Assembly: GCA_036495645.1 (NCBI GenBank)
Contig: DASXMN010000011.1
Span: forward strand, 62,940-126,939
Direction: 5' to 3'
From: Candidatus Angelobacter sp.
Lineage (GTDB): Bacteria; Acidobacteriota; Terriglobia; Terriglobales; Acidobacteriaceae
Length of the DNA: 64,000 nt
A model generated the notes under the pieces. That model searched no databases, was not told the origin of the DNA, and saw only the letters and a list, made by a program, of their open reading frames with translations. The position numbers and the translations under genes are program-made. Positions 1 through 8,867 of the stretch are shown in pieces. Each line of letters begins with the position of its first letter. Positions within the stretch are counted from its first letter, which is position 1.

Positions 1-1209
1 ATTGTTTACCGTGATGCACGGCGGCTTGAGCAGATTGATGCGGCGAATCTCTGCCGGATCAATATCCAGTTGCGCCGCAATCTCATCCAGTTGGCTTTCA
101 AACGCAAACCGCACATTCACCGTGCCATGTCCGCGCATGGCGCCGCAGGCCGGCTTGTTCGTCAGCACGCGATAGCCGTCATATTTAATATTTGGAATGT
201 CATACAGCGCGCCCAGCAGCGCTCCGGAATAAAGAATGGTCACTACGCCGTAAGAGCAATATGCGCCGCCATCCTGAATCACTTTGGCGGCCACAGCGGT
301 CAGATGCCCATCCTTCTTTGCGCCGATTTTGAGATCAATTATCGTGCGCGGCCGCCCACGATGCGCCCAGAAAACTTCTTCCCGCGTGTATGTGATTTTC
401 ACCGGCGCTTTGGCCTTGCGCGCCGCTACCGCGGCAATGATCTCCAGCGGGATCACTTCACTCTTGCCGCCAAAACCGCCGCCCACCAGCGGCTTGATCA
501 CGCGTATCTGCTGCATTGGCATCTCCAGCACAATGGAGAGCTTATGCTGCAGGTAATACGGAACCTGCGTCGATGACCAAACCGTCAGCCGCCCTGGCTG
601 CCCGGTCTGTGAATCAATCTCAAATGATGCCAGCGTTGAATGCGGTTCCATCGCCGCGTGCGTCACTTCACCCGCGATATAGCGATGCTCCGTCACCACG
701 TCCGCTTCCGCAAATCCCTTATCCGGATCGCCAAATACGTGGTGATAATCTTTTTCGATATTATTGGGCCGCTGCGGATGGATCCAGTCCTTCTCCGCCT
801 TCATTGAATCTTCCGGATCGAACCACGCCGGCAGCGGCTCATACTCAACGTCAATCAACTCCAGCGCTTGCTCCGCAATCGCTTCCGACGTGGCGACCAC
901 ACATGCCACATTGTCGCCCACATAACGGACCTTCTCCACTGCCAGCGCTGTTTCGTCGTGACCAACGGGCAGAATGCCATACTTGTTTGGCGCATCTGGC
1001 CCGGTTACCACGCATATCACGCCTTCAAGCGCTTCGACCTTCAATGCATCAATTTTTTTGACGTTTGCGTGCGGATAGGGCGAATGCAGAATCTTGCCCG
1101 TCAGCATTCCCGGCAATGACAAATCATCTGTATATTTGCCCTGGCCCGTAGTTTTGCCCGCCGAATCGACGAGGGCAACGCGTTTACCGATGATGGAGAA
1201 GTCAGGCAT
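1..1209 (-). CDS. xanthine dehydrogenase / aldehyde oxidoreductase-family molybdopterin-binding large subunit, N-terminal 403 codons (3' end lies beyond the window start)
   Basis: It is absent from the ORF track because there is no stop inside the window. Reading the reverse complement from the ATG at 1209-1207 stays open to nt 1. The translation is MPDFSIIGKRVALVDSAGKTTGQGKYTDDLSLPGMLTGKILHSPYPHANVKKID...IKPLVGGGFGGKSE...ACGAMRGHG, which is typical of CoxL/XdhA/HcrA-type large subunits. It lies directly downstream of the matching 2Fe-2S subunit gene. The + strand ORFs 70-576, 284-556, 516-1061 and 868-1119 are its antisense shadows. Confidence 0.85.
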   Translation of the reverse strand, partial: MPDFSIIGKRVALVDSAGKTTGQGKYTDDLSLPGMLTGKILHSPYPHANVKKIDALKVEALEGVICVVTGPDAPNKYGILPVGHDETALAVEKVRYVGDNVACVVATSEAIAEQALELIDVEYEPLPAWFDPEDSMKAEKDWIHPQRPNNIEKDYHHVFGDPDKGFAEADVVTEHRYIAGEVTHAAMEPHSTLASFEIDSQTGQPGRLTVWSSTQVPYYLQHKLSIVLEMPMQQIRVIKPLVGGGFGGKSEVIPLEIIAAVAARKAKAPVKITYTREEVFWAHRGRPRTIIDLKIGAKKDGHLTAVAAKVIQDGGAYCSYGVVTILYSGALLGALYDIPNIKYDGYRVLTNKPACGAMRGHGTVNVRFAFESQLDEIAAQLDIDPAEIRRINLLKPPCITVNN

Positions 1210-1224
1210 TATGTTTTACATCCT

Positions 1225-1360
1225 AACGAAGTGAAAGAACCCTATTCCCTCCCAAGCTGCTAGCCTCTAGCTTTTGGCTCCGGCTTTCTTGAAATCTCGA
1301 ACCTATCGAATCGTCGGCACCATAGGGTTCCCTCAATGCGCTCGGGCTTTCAGAAAAAAC
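1225..1360. repeat. REP/MITE-like inverted pair (degenerate) in the spacer between the Mo-enzyme subunit genes
   Basis: The right arm TAGGGTTCCCTCAATGCGCTCGGGCTTTCAGAAAA is at 1323-1357. A degenerate inverted left arm, CGAAGTGAAAGAACCCTAT, is at ~1226-1245. Confidence 0.6.
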
Positions 1361-1383
1361 TCCTTCGCGGCCTTTGCAGTGAA

Positions 1384-1878
1384 TCACCGGTTTGCCTGTT
1401 CCGCTTCTATCGCAGCCTTGATCGCCTGATACATCTGCGTGTAGCCGGTGCAGCGGCACAGGTTTCCGCTCAACGCGTGCCGAATGTCTTCTTCTGTCGG
1501 CTCGGGATTTCGGTCCAGCAGCGCTTTCACCGTGATCATAAACCCGGGTGTGCAATAGCCACACTGCGCGCCACCCCAATCGCCATAGGCTTTCTGGATC
1601 GCCACCAGTGCGCCATGATCCGCAATACCTTCAACTGTCGTAATATCTGGCGTTGATTGTTCATCGCCCGCGTGGCTCATCGCCAGCGCCGTGCAGCTCA
1701 GTGTGGGAACTCCATCAATCAGCACAGTACATGCCCCGCATGAGGAATCATCACATCCGCGCTTGGAGCCCGTAAGGTCCATTTCCTGGCGAAGCACATC
1801 CAGCAGCAGCGCACTCGGCTCAATTGCCAGCTCATGGTTGCGGCCGTTCACCCGGAGTTCGATTAATTCTTTGCGCAT
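1384..1878 (-). CDS. (2Fe-2S)-binding small subunit of an XDH/CODH-family molybdoenzyme (CoxS/HcrC-like)
   Basis: 164 aa. It has the two cysteine clusters of this family, GCDDSSCGACTV and CGYCTPG...CRCTGY, and the typical size. Confidence 0.9.
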   Translation of the reverse strand: MRKELIELRVNGRNHELAIEPSALLLDVLRQEMDLTGSKRGCDDSSCGACTVLIDGVPTLSCTALAMSHAGDEQSTPDITTVEGIADHGALVAIQKAYGDWGGAQCGYCTPGFMITVKALLDRNPEPTEEDIRHALSGNLCRCTGYTQMYQAIKAAIEAEQANR

Positions 1879-1880
1879 TG

Positions 1881-2070
1881 CTTTTCTAAAATCCCCGACC
1901 GCCGATTTTACGGCTTTTTCTAAAATCCCGAACCGCGGATTTTGCGGTGAGGGATCCCTATTCCCTTACTGATTCTCGCTAACAGTCCAGTAAAAAATTC
2001 AACGCCAACCTGATATTCATCGTTGTTATAGGGTTCCCTCACCCGCTTCGCGGGATTCGGGATTTCAAAA
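1881..2070. repeat. REP/MITE-like inverted pair
   Basis: The left arm AAAATCCCGAACCGCGGATTTTGCGGTGAGGGATCCC is at 1922-1958, with a partial tandem copy at 1881-1920. The right arm AGGGTTCCCTCACCCGCTTCGCGGGATTCGGGATTTCAAAAA is at 2029-2070 and abuts the stop codon at 2072. Confidence 0.75.
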
Positions 2071-2071
2071 A

Positions 2072-3001
2072 CTAATACCCATAATCCGTTTTCACCGCAT
2101 ACGCGTGCTGCTTCACGCCCAGGTCTTCCACCCGCGATTTCCCTAGCTGCGCAGCGTATTCCGCGCGATCGGCCACGCCTGTTACCCAGCGCTTTAACCA
2201 TGCATCGAAATCCCCCTGGGTCTTGGTCTCTGCGTGATACTGCTGAAAGAAAGCGTCGTCTCTCTTATAGTACCCCTGCACCGGCGATGGATGCGCGCCA
2301 AACGCGCATTCCACGACGGCAGTCACCAGAAAGCCCGGAATCACGGTACGGTTTGGATCGCTGGCGATCTCTTCTTCACTGACAATTTCCTCAGCACAGA
2401 CAATCACTTTCTTCGCTGCCCGGACGCCTTCCAGCATCACGCCAAAATTGCCCCAGCAGTGTGCGTTGCCATGTTTGTCCGCTCGTTGCAAATGGACAAT
2501 CGCCACATCCGGCGCCAGCGCCCGCACTGCCAGCAGAGTCTCTTTTGGCTCAAACGGAGAAATGATCTGGTAAAAGAAATGGTTTCCTTTAGGCACATCG
2601 CTACCTATGGCGCTGCGCGTAGGCAGAAATGGCACGCCCATAGCCCCTGCCTGGAGCGCCAGCGCCAAGGTGAAATTTGTCATGTTAAAGACGCGCAATT
2701 TCTCGCTTGGCGTGCCCGGGTTCTCAACTTCGGTGGCATGGCGGAAATTGTAAGCCGAGCCCATCATCACATTTCCGACCCAGGCCGCAACCACGTCCTT
2801 CACACAACCAGAGCCAATCATCTGGTCAAATAAAATATCGGAGATTGGCCCAATCAGCCGCAGCCCGCGCCTCTTTTGCCGCATGATCTCGTGTCCCGCA
2901 GCAAATGGAATCATCTGTTCCATCTGCAGCCCCAGCGCTAGGCTCGTGCCATCCGGAACGTGCTCGGCAATCGCCTGCCGCATTGTCATTATTTTTGACA
3001 T
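2072..3001 (-). CDS. CoA-transferase subunit A (glutaconate-CoA-transferase GctA-like, family I)
   Basis: 309 aa. The N-terminus (MRQAIAEHVPDGTSLALG), size and overall pattern match alpha subunits of two-subunit CoA-transferases. The partner beta subunit is at 4001-4753. Confidence 0.75.
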   Translation of the reverse strand: MSKIMTMRQAIAEHVPDGTSLALGLQMEQMIPFAAGHEIMRQKRRGLRLIGPISDILFDQMIGSGCVKDVVAAWVGNVMMGSAYNFRHATEVENPGTPSEKLRVFNMTNFTLALALQAGAMGVPFLPTRSAIGSDVPKGNHFFYQIISPFEPKETLLAVRALAPDVAIVHLQRADKHGNAHCWGNFGVMLEGVRAAKKVIVCAEEIVSEEEIASDPNRTVIPGFLVTAVVECAFGAHPSPVQGYYKRDDAFFQQYHAETKTQGDFDAWLKRWVTGVADRAEYAAQLGKSRVEDLGVKQHAYAVKTDYGY

Positions 3002-3309
3002 AGATTTGCGCGCGTCAACCTATACTAATTTTCGGAATAGTTAAGCAGGCGACCGGCTCCATGCCGTAAATTCGCCCGTAATACTCTGGGCATCTCCTGG
3101 TTGTGCTAAATACATATAAACGCTTGAAAGTAAATGACTTATGTTAGCACCGGACGATCTAAAAGTCAACAGAAAATGGATACGCTTCAAAGCGCTCTGC
3201 CTACATATCGAGCGGAAAATCTATTGGACCGAAAGTTGTAATTTGAGCCCTCTGATTGCATTACTTCAGTCATTTTTGGACTATGCATATGCAAACTACA
3301 ATTGCCCCT

Positions 3310-3909
3310 ATGAAGCTTATTATGCATGTTGCAGTTGTAATCATCGCGGGCGTGTTTCCGGCTTTGGCCCAGACGGCTGCCGTAGAACCTGAATCGCTGG
3401 GTGATGCCGCCCGTCAACTCAAGACGGAAAATAAAAACCAGCCTAAGGCCACATTTTCCAACGATTCTGAGTTGCTGCGCAAACCTCTTATACCTGACGT
3501 GACCGCAATCGGCCGCGATAATATGGATGAAATCCTGAAGAGTATCGATGATTACCGCAACTCACACAATTTGCAGGAGACTGAAACAGCCGTTCACGAC
3601 TGGTACAGCCGGCAGGTTTCTCTGCTAACGAACGCCATCCAGGAAAACCATCGCATCGAGCGGCGTGACCGCGAAGAAGCCAGGGAATACAGCACCAGCG
3701 ACGTGCGGCCGAATAACCATGATGAATATGTAAACTTGCGGCATATCGAGCGGGATTCCCGCAAAGCAGAACGCCAGCAGATAAAACTGAATCAGGTCCT
3801 TGTTAACAGAATACAGCAGGATTTCATACAGATCCGGCCGCAAATGCAAAGCAGGTATAGGATGGATGTCGAGTGGTTCACTATCTGCCAAGACGAAAAT
3901 TGCAGCTAG
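3310..3909 (+). CDS. hypothetical secreted protein
   Basis: The ORF 3256-3909 contains a signal-peptide-like start MKLIMHVAVVIIAGVFPALAQ at the internal ATG 3310. The rest is charged and low in motifs. The start codon is uncertain (3256, 3283 or 3310). I recognise no family. Confidence 0.45.
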   Translation: MKLIMHVAVVIIAGVFPALAQTAAVEPESLGDAARQLKTENKNQPKATFSNDSELLRKPLIPDVTAIGRDNMDEILKSIDDYRNSHNLQETETAVHDWYSRQVSLLTNAIQENHRIERRDREEAREYSTSDVRPNNHDEYVNLRHIERDSRKAERQQIKLNQVLVNRIQQDFIQIRPQMQSRYRMDVEWFTICQDENCS

Positions 3910-4000
3910 TGATTTTTGCTGGGGTAGTTGCGCAAGAAGCTACGTGAGAGAACTGCTATTAGCCTATGCAGTCTCCAATCAGGCATGATAACGGCAGTTC

Positions 4001-4753
4001 CTAGCTCGTCCAGAACCCTTTTGTATCGTACTCCCGGATCGCATTCAACTCCGCTGCATTTGGCTCCAGCGTAGGCTTTGCATCGTCAGTGACCTTCAAT
4101 TTCCATCCGGTATTCGCCAGCACATCATCCATAGTCACACCCGGATGATAGGTGGAAAGATAGGCTTCTGCATCCTCGCCAAAGCGCAGCACGCATTTGG
4201 TGGTAATCACCGCTGAAGGCCCGCCACGCTGCAATCCCACGCGTTTCCGCCATCCAGCCCCATCTCCATTTCCCGGACTCGTTATGTAATTCACTTTTTC
4301 CGGCAGCCGGTGCTTGCCATGTTCCAGCAGGGACACAAACCTGTGCGCCATCGATGCAATATCGCATGCTCCGCCCGATCCGGGCAGCCGCACCAACCCG
4401 TTCTTCCCCTGCACTTGTGTGGAGTTCAGGTTACCGTATTTATCCACCTCGGCTGCGCCCAGAAATCCCAGGTTCACCCGCCCCGATTGCAGCAGGCTCA
4501 TCACTTCCAGCATACCCAGGCACTGCGTGGCGCCTTTGATGTTCGGCGGGTCGGCCATTGTGTAGATCAGCTCGGGCGACGGCGTGGAACGAATCACGCC
4601 ATTTTCAAACAGCCCGATGGCGTTTGGCGCATGCGTCTTCTTGGCCACAACAAAAGCAATCAGCGGCAGCCGCATACCGACGAAGACAACTTCGCCGTCT
4701 TTGATCTCTCGCGCCGCAGCGGCGACCATGAGTTCGTTGAGGGTGTAGGACAT
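4001..4753 (-). CDS. CoA-transferase subunit B (GctB-like, family I)
   Basis: 250 aa. It has the ...GFLGAAEVDKYGNLNST...LPGSGGACDIA... pattern typical of beta subunits of two-subunit CoA-transferases. Confidence 0.75.
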   Translation of the reverse strand: MSYTLNELMVAAAAREIKDGEVVFVGMRLPLIAFVVAKKTHAPNAIGLFENGVIRSTPSPELIYTMADPPNIKGATQCLGMLEVMSLLQSGRVNLGFLGAAEVDKYGNLNSTQVQGKNGLVRLPGSGGACDIASMAHRFVSLLEHGKHRLPEKVNYITSPGNGDGAGWRKRVGLQRGGPSAVITTKCVLRFGEDAEAYLSTYHPGVTMDDVLANTGWKLKVTDDAKPTLEPNAAELNAIREYDTKGFWTS

Positions 4754-4760
4754 TGTTCTT

Positions 4761-4912
4761 TCTGAAATCCCGAAGCGGAGCGAAGGAACCCTGTTTCCTC
4801 GACACCGATCGGAAAGAAATAATCATAACAACAGCGATAAAAGATTGAGGGAACCTCAGCGGCTATTCAACCCGTAGGGTTCCCTCACTTCGTTCGGGAT
4901 TAAATCAAAAAC
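4761..4912. repeat. REP/MITE-like inverted pair
   Basis: The left arm TCTGAAATCCCGAAGCGGAGCGAAGGAACCCT is at 4761-4792. The right arm AGGGTTCCCTCACTTCGTTCGGGATTAAATCAAAAAC is at 4876-4912 and abuts the stop codon at 4913. Confidence 0.75.
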
Positions 4913-6094
4913 CTACTGCACCGCGTTCAGCGCGCTTTTTCTTACTTCGCCGATGGTGAGCAGCGGATCTTTTGCGCCTGCCTTTGGAGCAATCCACTTC
5001 TTTTCTGAACCAATGATATCCATCAGCAGCTTCTTGTCCGCGGCGTTTGGAAGCCAGCTATCGATCTGCTGCTTGTATTCCTTTTCTTCCAACTGCTGCC
5101 CTGTCTGCGGATGGAACATCTGTCCCTTCCAGCGGCCAATCATGCGGTTGAACTTAATATCAGGGCAATACAACTCGGTGCTGCCCGGACGCTGCCCGGC
5201 GCTGATGCGGCGTACAAGCCCCACGCACTCATCGCGATAGAGGTGCCTGTTGTAGTCATTCAGGTTATCGAGGTCAGGCGAGGTTTGATTCTTCAGCTCG
5301 TCATAACGGCCCTTCAGGCCCCACGTATAAGCCCAGTGCGCCGACGAAGAATGATCGGTGCCGAACAGGTCATAAGCACTGGAAATCCATTTGTTCAGAT
5401 ACTTCTGCATCAACCAGCCCGGCACTACCCCAGCTTCGGCGATGCGCGCCAGCCCGGTATTGCCCGTGCCCATATGGAATGCTTCTTCACGCAGCATGTA
5501 GCTCATTGACCGGCCCAGCGGCGCAAAAGCCGAATATTTTAGCATCTGAAGCTGGAACTTACCGTCGCGATCGACAAAGTCAGTGAAGGCAAAAAAATCC
5601 AGCCAGTTGTCGCACTCTTCATTGAACGATCCCAGCAGGCGCTTGTTTTCATACGCCTTACGCTCCAGCATTTTCTGCGCTTCCACTTTGCCCGTCGTGC
5701 CAAAGTGGTCAATCAACAGGGCGCACATTTGCCAGCCGTGGCGCATCTCCTCAATCATTACCCTTGTGAGCGACGAACGGTCATAGTCGCTGGGCGCGGT
5801 CTCAAACAACCAGCGCTGCTGCTCCACGCTGGCAAATTCCGTATCGCCCTGATAAACGATGAGGTTCATCAGTGCGTCACGCATGTTCTGCGTTGGAATC
5901 TGGCGGACGTTCTCCCACTTGTTGCGGCCCTTGTAATAGCCAAACGTGATTTCTTCCGTCTCGATCGCGCCGTACAGGGTATCAAACTTAAAATTGCGGA
6001 TGTCATCATGGTTGACGCCGATTTCATGGCGCCACTCCTTGAACAGACCTTCCCAATCACTAAACGATCCAATTTTCATAACTTTTCCCGGCAT
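4913..6094 (-). CDS. ferritin-like diiron oxygenase resembling benzoyl-CoA 2,3-epoxidase subunit BoxB
   Basis: Two ExxH diiron motifs are present (MIEEMRHGW and MLREEAFHMG). The blocks QGDTEFASVEQQR and FVDRDGKFQL match BoxB as I remember it. The start is set at ATG 6094 (MPGKVMKIG), which is preceded by AAGGGAG. The track's 13 extra codons overlap a REP-like repeat. Confidence 0.55.
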   Translation of the reverse strand: MPGKVMKIGSFSDWEGLFKEWRHEIGVNHDDIRNFKFDTLYGAIETEEITFGYYKGRNKWENVRQIPTQNMRDALMNLIVYQGDTEFASVEQQRWLFETAPSDYDRSSLTRVMIEEMRHGWQMCALLIDHFGTTGKVEAQKMLERKAYENKRLLGSFNEECDNWLDFFAFTDFVDRDGKFQLQMLKYSAFAPLGRSMSYMLREEAFHMGTGNTGLARIAEAGVVPGWLMQKYLNKWISSAYDLFGTDHSSSAHWAYTWGLKGRYDELKNQTSPDLDNLNDYNRHLYRDECVGLVRRISAGQRPGSTELYCPDIKFNRMIGRWKGQMFHPQTGQQLEEKEYKQQIDSWLPNAADKKLLMDIIGSEKKWIAPKAGAKDPLLTIGEVRKSALNAVQ

Positions 6095-6116
6095 GTAAAA
6101 AGCTCCCTTTTCCGAA

Positions 6117-6256
6117 GTCCCGAACCCGCGCATTTTGTGGGTGAGGGATCACTATTGCCTTATATGTCGTTTCGATTCTGAAATGTTTTTCTTTTTACCC
6201 TATGCTTCCTCTATCGGGTAGAGATCCCTCACCCGCAAAATGCGCGGGTTCGGGAC
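6117..6256. repeat. REP/MITE-like inverted pair, best preserved copy
   Basis: The arm at 6117-6150 is GTCCCGAACCCGCGCATTTTGTGGGTGAGGGATC. The reverse complement of 6223-6256 is GTCCCGAACCCGCGCATTTTGCGGGTGAGGGATC, matching at 33 of 34 positions. The arms are separated by 72 nt. Confidence 0.85.
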
Positions 6257-6265
6257 TTCAGAAAA

Positions 6266-7732
6266 TTACAAATTCATCCACACACTCTTTAACTCCGTGT
6301 AATGTTCAATCGCATGCATGCCCAGTTCGCGACCAAAGCCAGATTGCTTATAGCCGCCAAAGGGTAATGCTGCGTCCATTACGCCATAGGTGTTAATCCA
6401 CACCGTTCCCGCCTTCAACCGGCGTGAGAGCTGATGCGCTTTCTTGATGTCATTGGTCCAGACCGCCGCCGCCAGGCCGTAAACATTCTTGTTGGCCAGT
6501 TCGGCCACCTGTTCAATATCGTCAAACGTGAGCGTGGCCAGCACCGGGCCAAAAATTTCTTCCTGTGCGATCTTCATGTCATTGTTTACGCCGCCGAAGA
6601 TTGTCGGCTCAATAAAGTAGCCATTGTCACCGTTGACCTGCGCGCGCTTGCCGCCCGCCAGCAGTTGTGCGCCTTCTTTTTTCCCGGACTCAATGTAGCC
6701 CAGCACCGTCTGCATCTGCTTCTCGCTGACAATTGCCCCAAGCCGTGTCTTTGGATCCAGCGGATCGCCCAGCCTGATCTTCTTGGATGATTCCACCAGC
6801 TTGGTAACAAATTCGTCTTCTGCTTTCTTTTCAATGAACAGGCGCGAACCGGCGCAGCATACTTCGCCTTTGCCATAAAAAATCCCGTTCAACGCGCCTT
6901 TGACCGCCGAATCCATCTGCGAATCGGCAAACACAATGTTCGGTGACTTGCCGCCCAGTTCTAGCGTCACGCGTTTCAGCGTGTCCGCCGAATTGCGCAT
7001 AATCTCTTTGCCAACCGAGGTCGAGCCTGTGAAAGCAATCTTGTCCACGCCCGGATGTTTCACCAACGCCGACCCAGTCTCCGGTCCGCCAGTCACGATA
7101 TTCAGCACACCCGCTGGCAATCCGGCTTCCAGCGCCAGCTCACCAAAACGCAGCGCGGTAAGCGGTGTTTGCTCTGCGGGCTTCAAAATAACAGTGTTGC
7201 CACAAGCCAGCGCCGGGCCCAGCTTCCAGCTTGCCAGCAGTAGCGGGAAATTCCATGCAACAATCGCGCCCACCACCCCCACAGGGTCGCGCAGCGTATA
7301 AGTGAAGGCATTGCTAAACGTGTTCACTGTCTCGCCGTGGATCTTTGTGGCCCATCCGGCGTAGTAGCGGAAAACGTCGGCCACCATCGGCATATCCACA
7401 TAGCGCGACTCGAAGATTGGCTTGCCGTTGTTCAGCGTCTCCAATTCGGCCAGTTCTTCGATGTTCTTGTCGACCAGATCGGCAATGCGCCACAGCACTT
7501 TGCCGCGCTCGCTGGCGGACATCTTGCGCCATGGCCCGCTCACGTCATCGAACGCTTTGCGTGCCGCCGCGACTGCCTGATCAACGCCACTGGCGCCGCC
7601 TTCAGCCACCTGCGTTAACACCTCTCCCGTTGCAGGGTTGAATGTGTCAAACGATTTGCCTGAACCTTCCGACCATTGCCCGTTGATAAGCAGCTTGCCG
7701 GTAGTAACTTTTGCTTTTGTTGCTGCGATCAT
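6266..7732 (-). CDS. NAD(P)+-dependent aldehyde dehydrogenase
   Basis: 488 aa. It has the canonical ALDH motifs: FTGSTSVGK, ELGGKSP, the catalytic Cys region GEVCCAGSR, and EEIFGPV. Confidence 0.92.
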   Translation of the reverse strand: MIAATKAKVTTGKLLINGQWSEGSGKSFDTFNPATGEVLTQVAEGGASGVDQAVAAARKAFDDVSGPWRKMSASERGKVLWRIADLVDKNIEELAELETLNNGKPIFESRYVDMPMVADVFRYYAGWATKIHGETVNTFSNAFTYTLRDPVGVVGAIVAWNFPLLLASWKLGPALACGNTVILKPAEQTPLTALRFGELALEAGLPAGVLNIVTGGPETGSALVKHPGVDKIAFTGSTSVGKEIMRNSADTLKRVTLELGGKSPNIVFADSQMDSAVKGALNGIFYGKGEVCCAGSRLFIEKKAEDEFVTKLVESSKKIRLGDPLDPKTRLGAIVSEKQMQTVLGYIESGKKEGAQLLAGGKRAQVNGDNGYFIEPTIFGGVNNDMKIAQEEIFGPVLATLTFDDIEQVAELANKNVYGLAAAVWTNDIKKAHQLSRRLKAGTVWINTYGVMDAALPFGGYKQSGFGRELGMHAIEHYTELKSVWMNL

Positions 7733-7814
7733 ATGTCAGCCCTTAGCTATTAGCCTTTAGCTCTTAGTTTTATTTCTTGGAACACAGGCACGATTGCCTG
7801 TGATCAATTATCGT

Positions 7815-7876
7815 TGTCATCCTGAGCGATGCCCCGAGTCTCGCTTGGGCGAGATGAGGGCGAGTCGAAGGATCCC
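7815..7876. repeat. GTCATCCTGAGCG...GAGTCGAAGGATCC-type dispersed repeat
   Basis: The sequence is TGTCATCCTGAGCGATGCCCCGAGTCTCGCTTGGGCGAGATGAGGGCGAGTCGAAGGATCCC. Its ends match a short repeat family that I recall being scattered through acidobacterial and other soil-bacterial genomes. Confidence 0.5.
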
Positions 7877-7958
7877 GAAAATCTTTCTGTCTGAGATGCC
7901 GCATCAGGGAATTCTCTCGATGACTCGCAATTCAACCCTGAAAAGTTTCGTCAGAACC

Positions 7959-7992
7959 TAGGGATCCCTCGCTTTGCTCGGGATTTTAAAAA
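7959..7992. repeat. REP-like element, single arm
   Basis: The sequence is TAGGGATCCCTCGCTTTGCTCGGGATTTTAAAAA. It abuts the stop codon of the enoyl-CoA hydratase gene at 7993. Confidence 0.7.
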
Positions 7993-8802
7993 CTACTTCG
8001 CCTTAAACGTCGCCGGCCTCTTATCAACGTATGCAGCCAAGCCTTCCTTGGCATCTTCGCTGGCGAACAGGCGCTGTTGCAGTTCGCGCTCCACAGCCAA
8101 AGCAGACTCCATTGGAATTTCCCATCCTGTCTGCACAGACCGCTTGATATTGCCTACGGCCTTTGCGGCCTTGTTCGGAGGAGTGAACTGGCGCGCATAT
8201 TCCATGATGTTTTCCATAAAGTTGTCGCGCTCGTAAATGTCATTTACGATGCCCATCTCCTTCGCTTCTTCAAAAGTAAAGGTGTTGCCAGTCACCATCA
8301 GCTCAATGGCTTTGCTCTTGCCCACCATCCGGCTCAGGCGCTGCGTTCCGCCGGTGCCGGGCAGGACGCCAAGGTTGATTTCCGGCAAGCCGATCTTGCC
8401 CGCGTCTTTACGCGCAATACGGATATCAGCCGCCATAGCGATTTCAAGTCCGCCGCCCACGCAGTGGCCATTGATGGCTGCAATCACCAGCTTGGGTGTG
8501 TGCTCCAGGCGCAACAGCATTTCATTGGCATGCAGGCAGAAATAATATTTAAAAGTCGGATCGACGCTGGAAAGCATTTTGATATTGGCGCCGGCGGAAA
8601 AGAATTTGTCGCCTGCTCCGGTCAGCAGCAGAACATAAACGTCATTGTCCATGCGCGCTTTCAGGATGCATTCATCCAACTGGCGGTTCATCTCATAGGT
8701 ATAAGTATTTGCCGGCGGATCGGAGAGTTCAATGATCGCAATGCCATCTTCAACGCGATAGTTCACCAGGGTCTTGGTTTCCGTTGCTGTGGTTGTAGCC
8801 AT
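7993..8802 (-). CDS. enoyl-CoA hydratase/isomerase (crotonase family)
   Basis: 269 aa. It has the crotonase fold signatures FFSAGANIK and AAINGHCVGGGLEIAMAADIRIA. Confidence 0.9.
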   Translation of the reverse strand: MATTTATETKTLVNYRVEDGIAIIELSDPPANTYTYEMNRQLDECILKARMDNDVYVLLLTGAGDKFFSAGANIKMLSSVDPTFKYYFCLHANEMLLRLEHTPKLVIAAINGHCVGGGLEIAMAADIRIARKDAGKIGLPEINLGVLPGTGGTQRLSRMVGKSKAIELMVTGNTFTFEEAKEMGIVNDIYERDNFMENIMEYARQFTPPNKAAKAVGNIKRSVQTGWEIPMESALAVERELQQRLFASEDAKEGLAAYVDKRPATFKAK

Positions 8803-8867
8803 GGTTCAAAGCTCCTTATGGATTTTCAAATCTTAATCTCTTGTTTAGCAATCCCATGTTCGCGCCC

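Noticed and set aside
70-1119. These are the four + strand ORFs at the left edge (70-576, 284-556, 516-1061, 868-1119).
   Set aside because: The minus strand encodes a continuous 403-codon XDH-family large-subunit N-terminus across the same interval.
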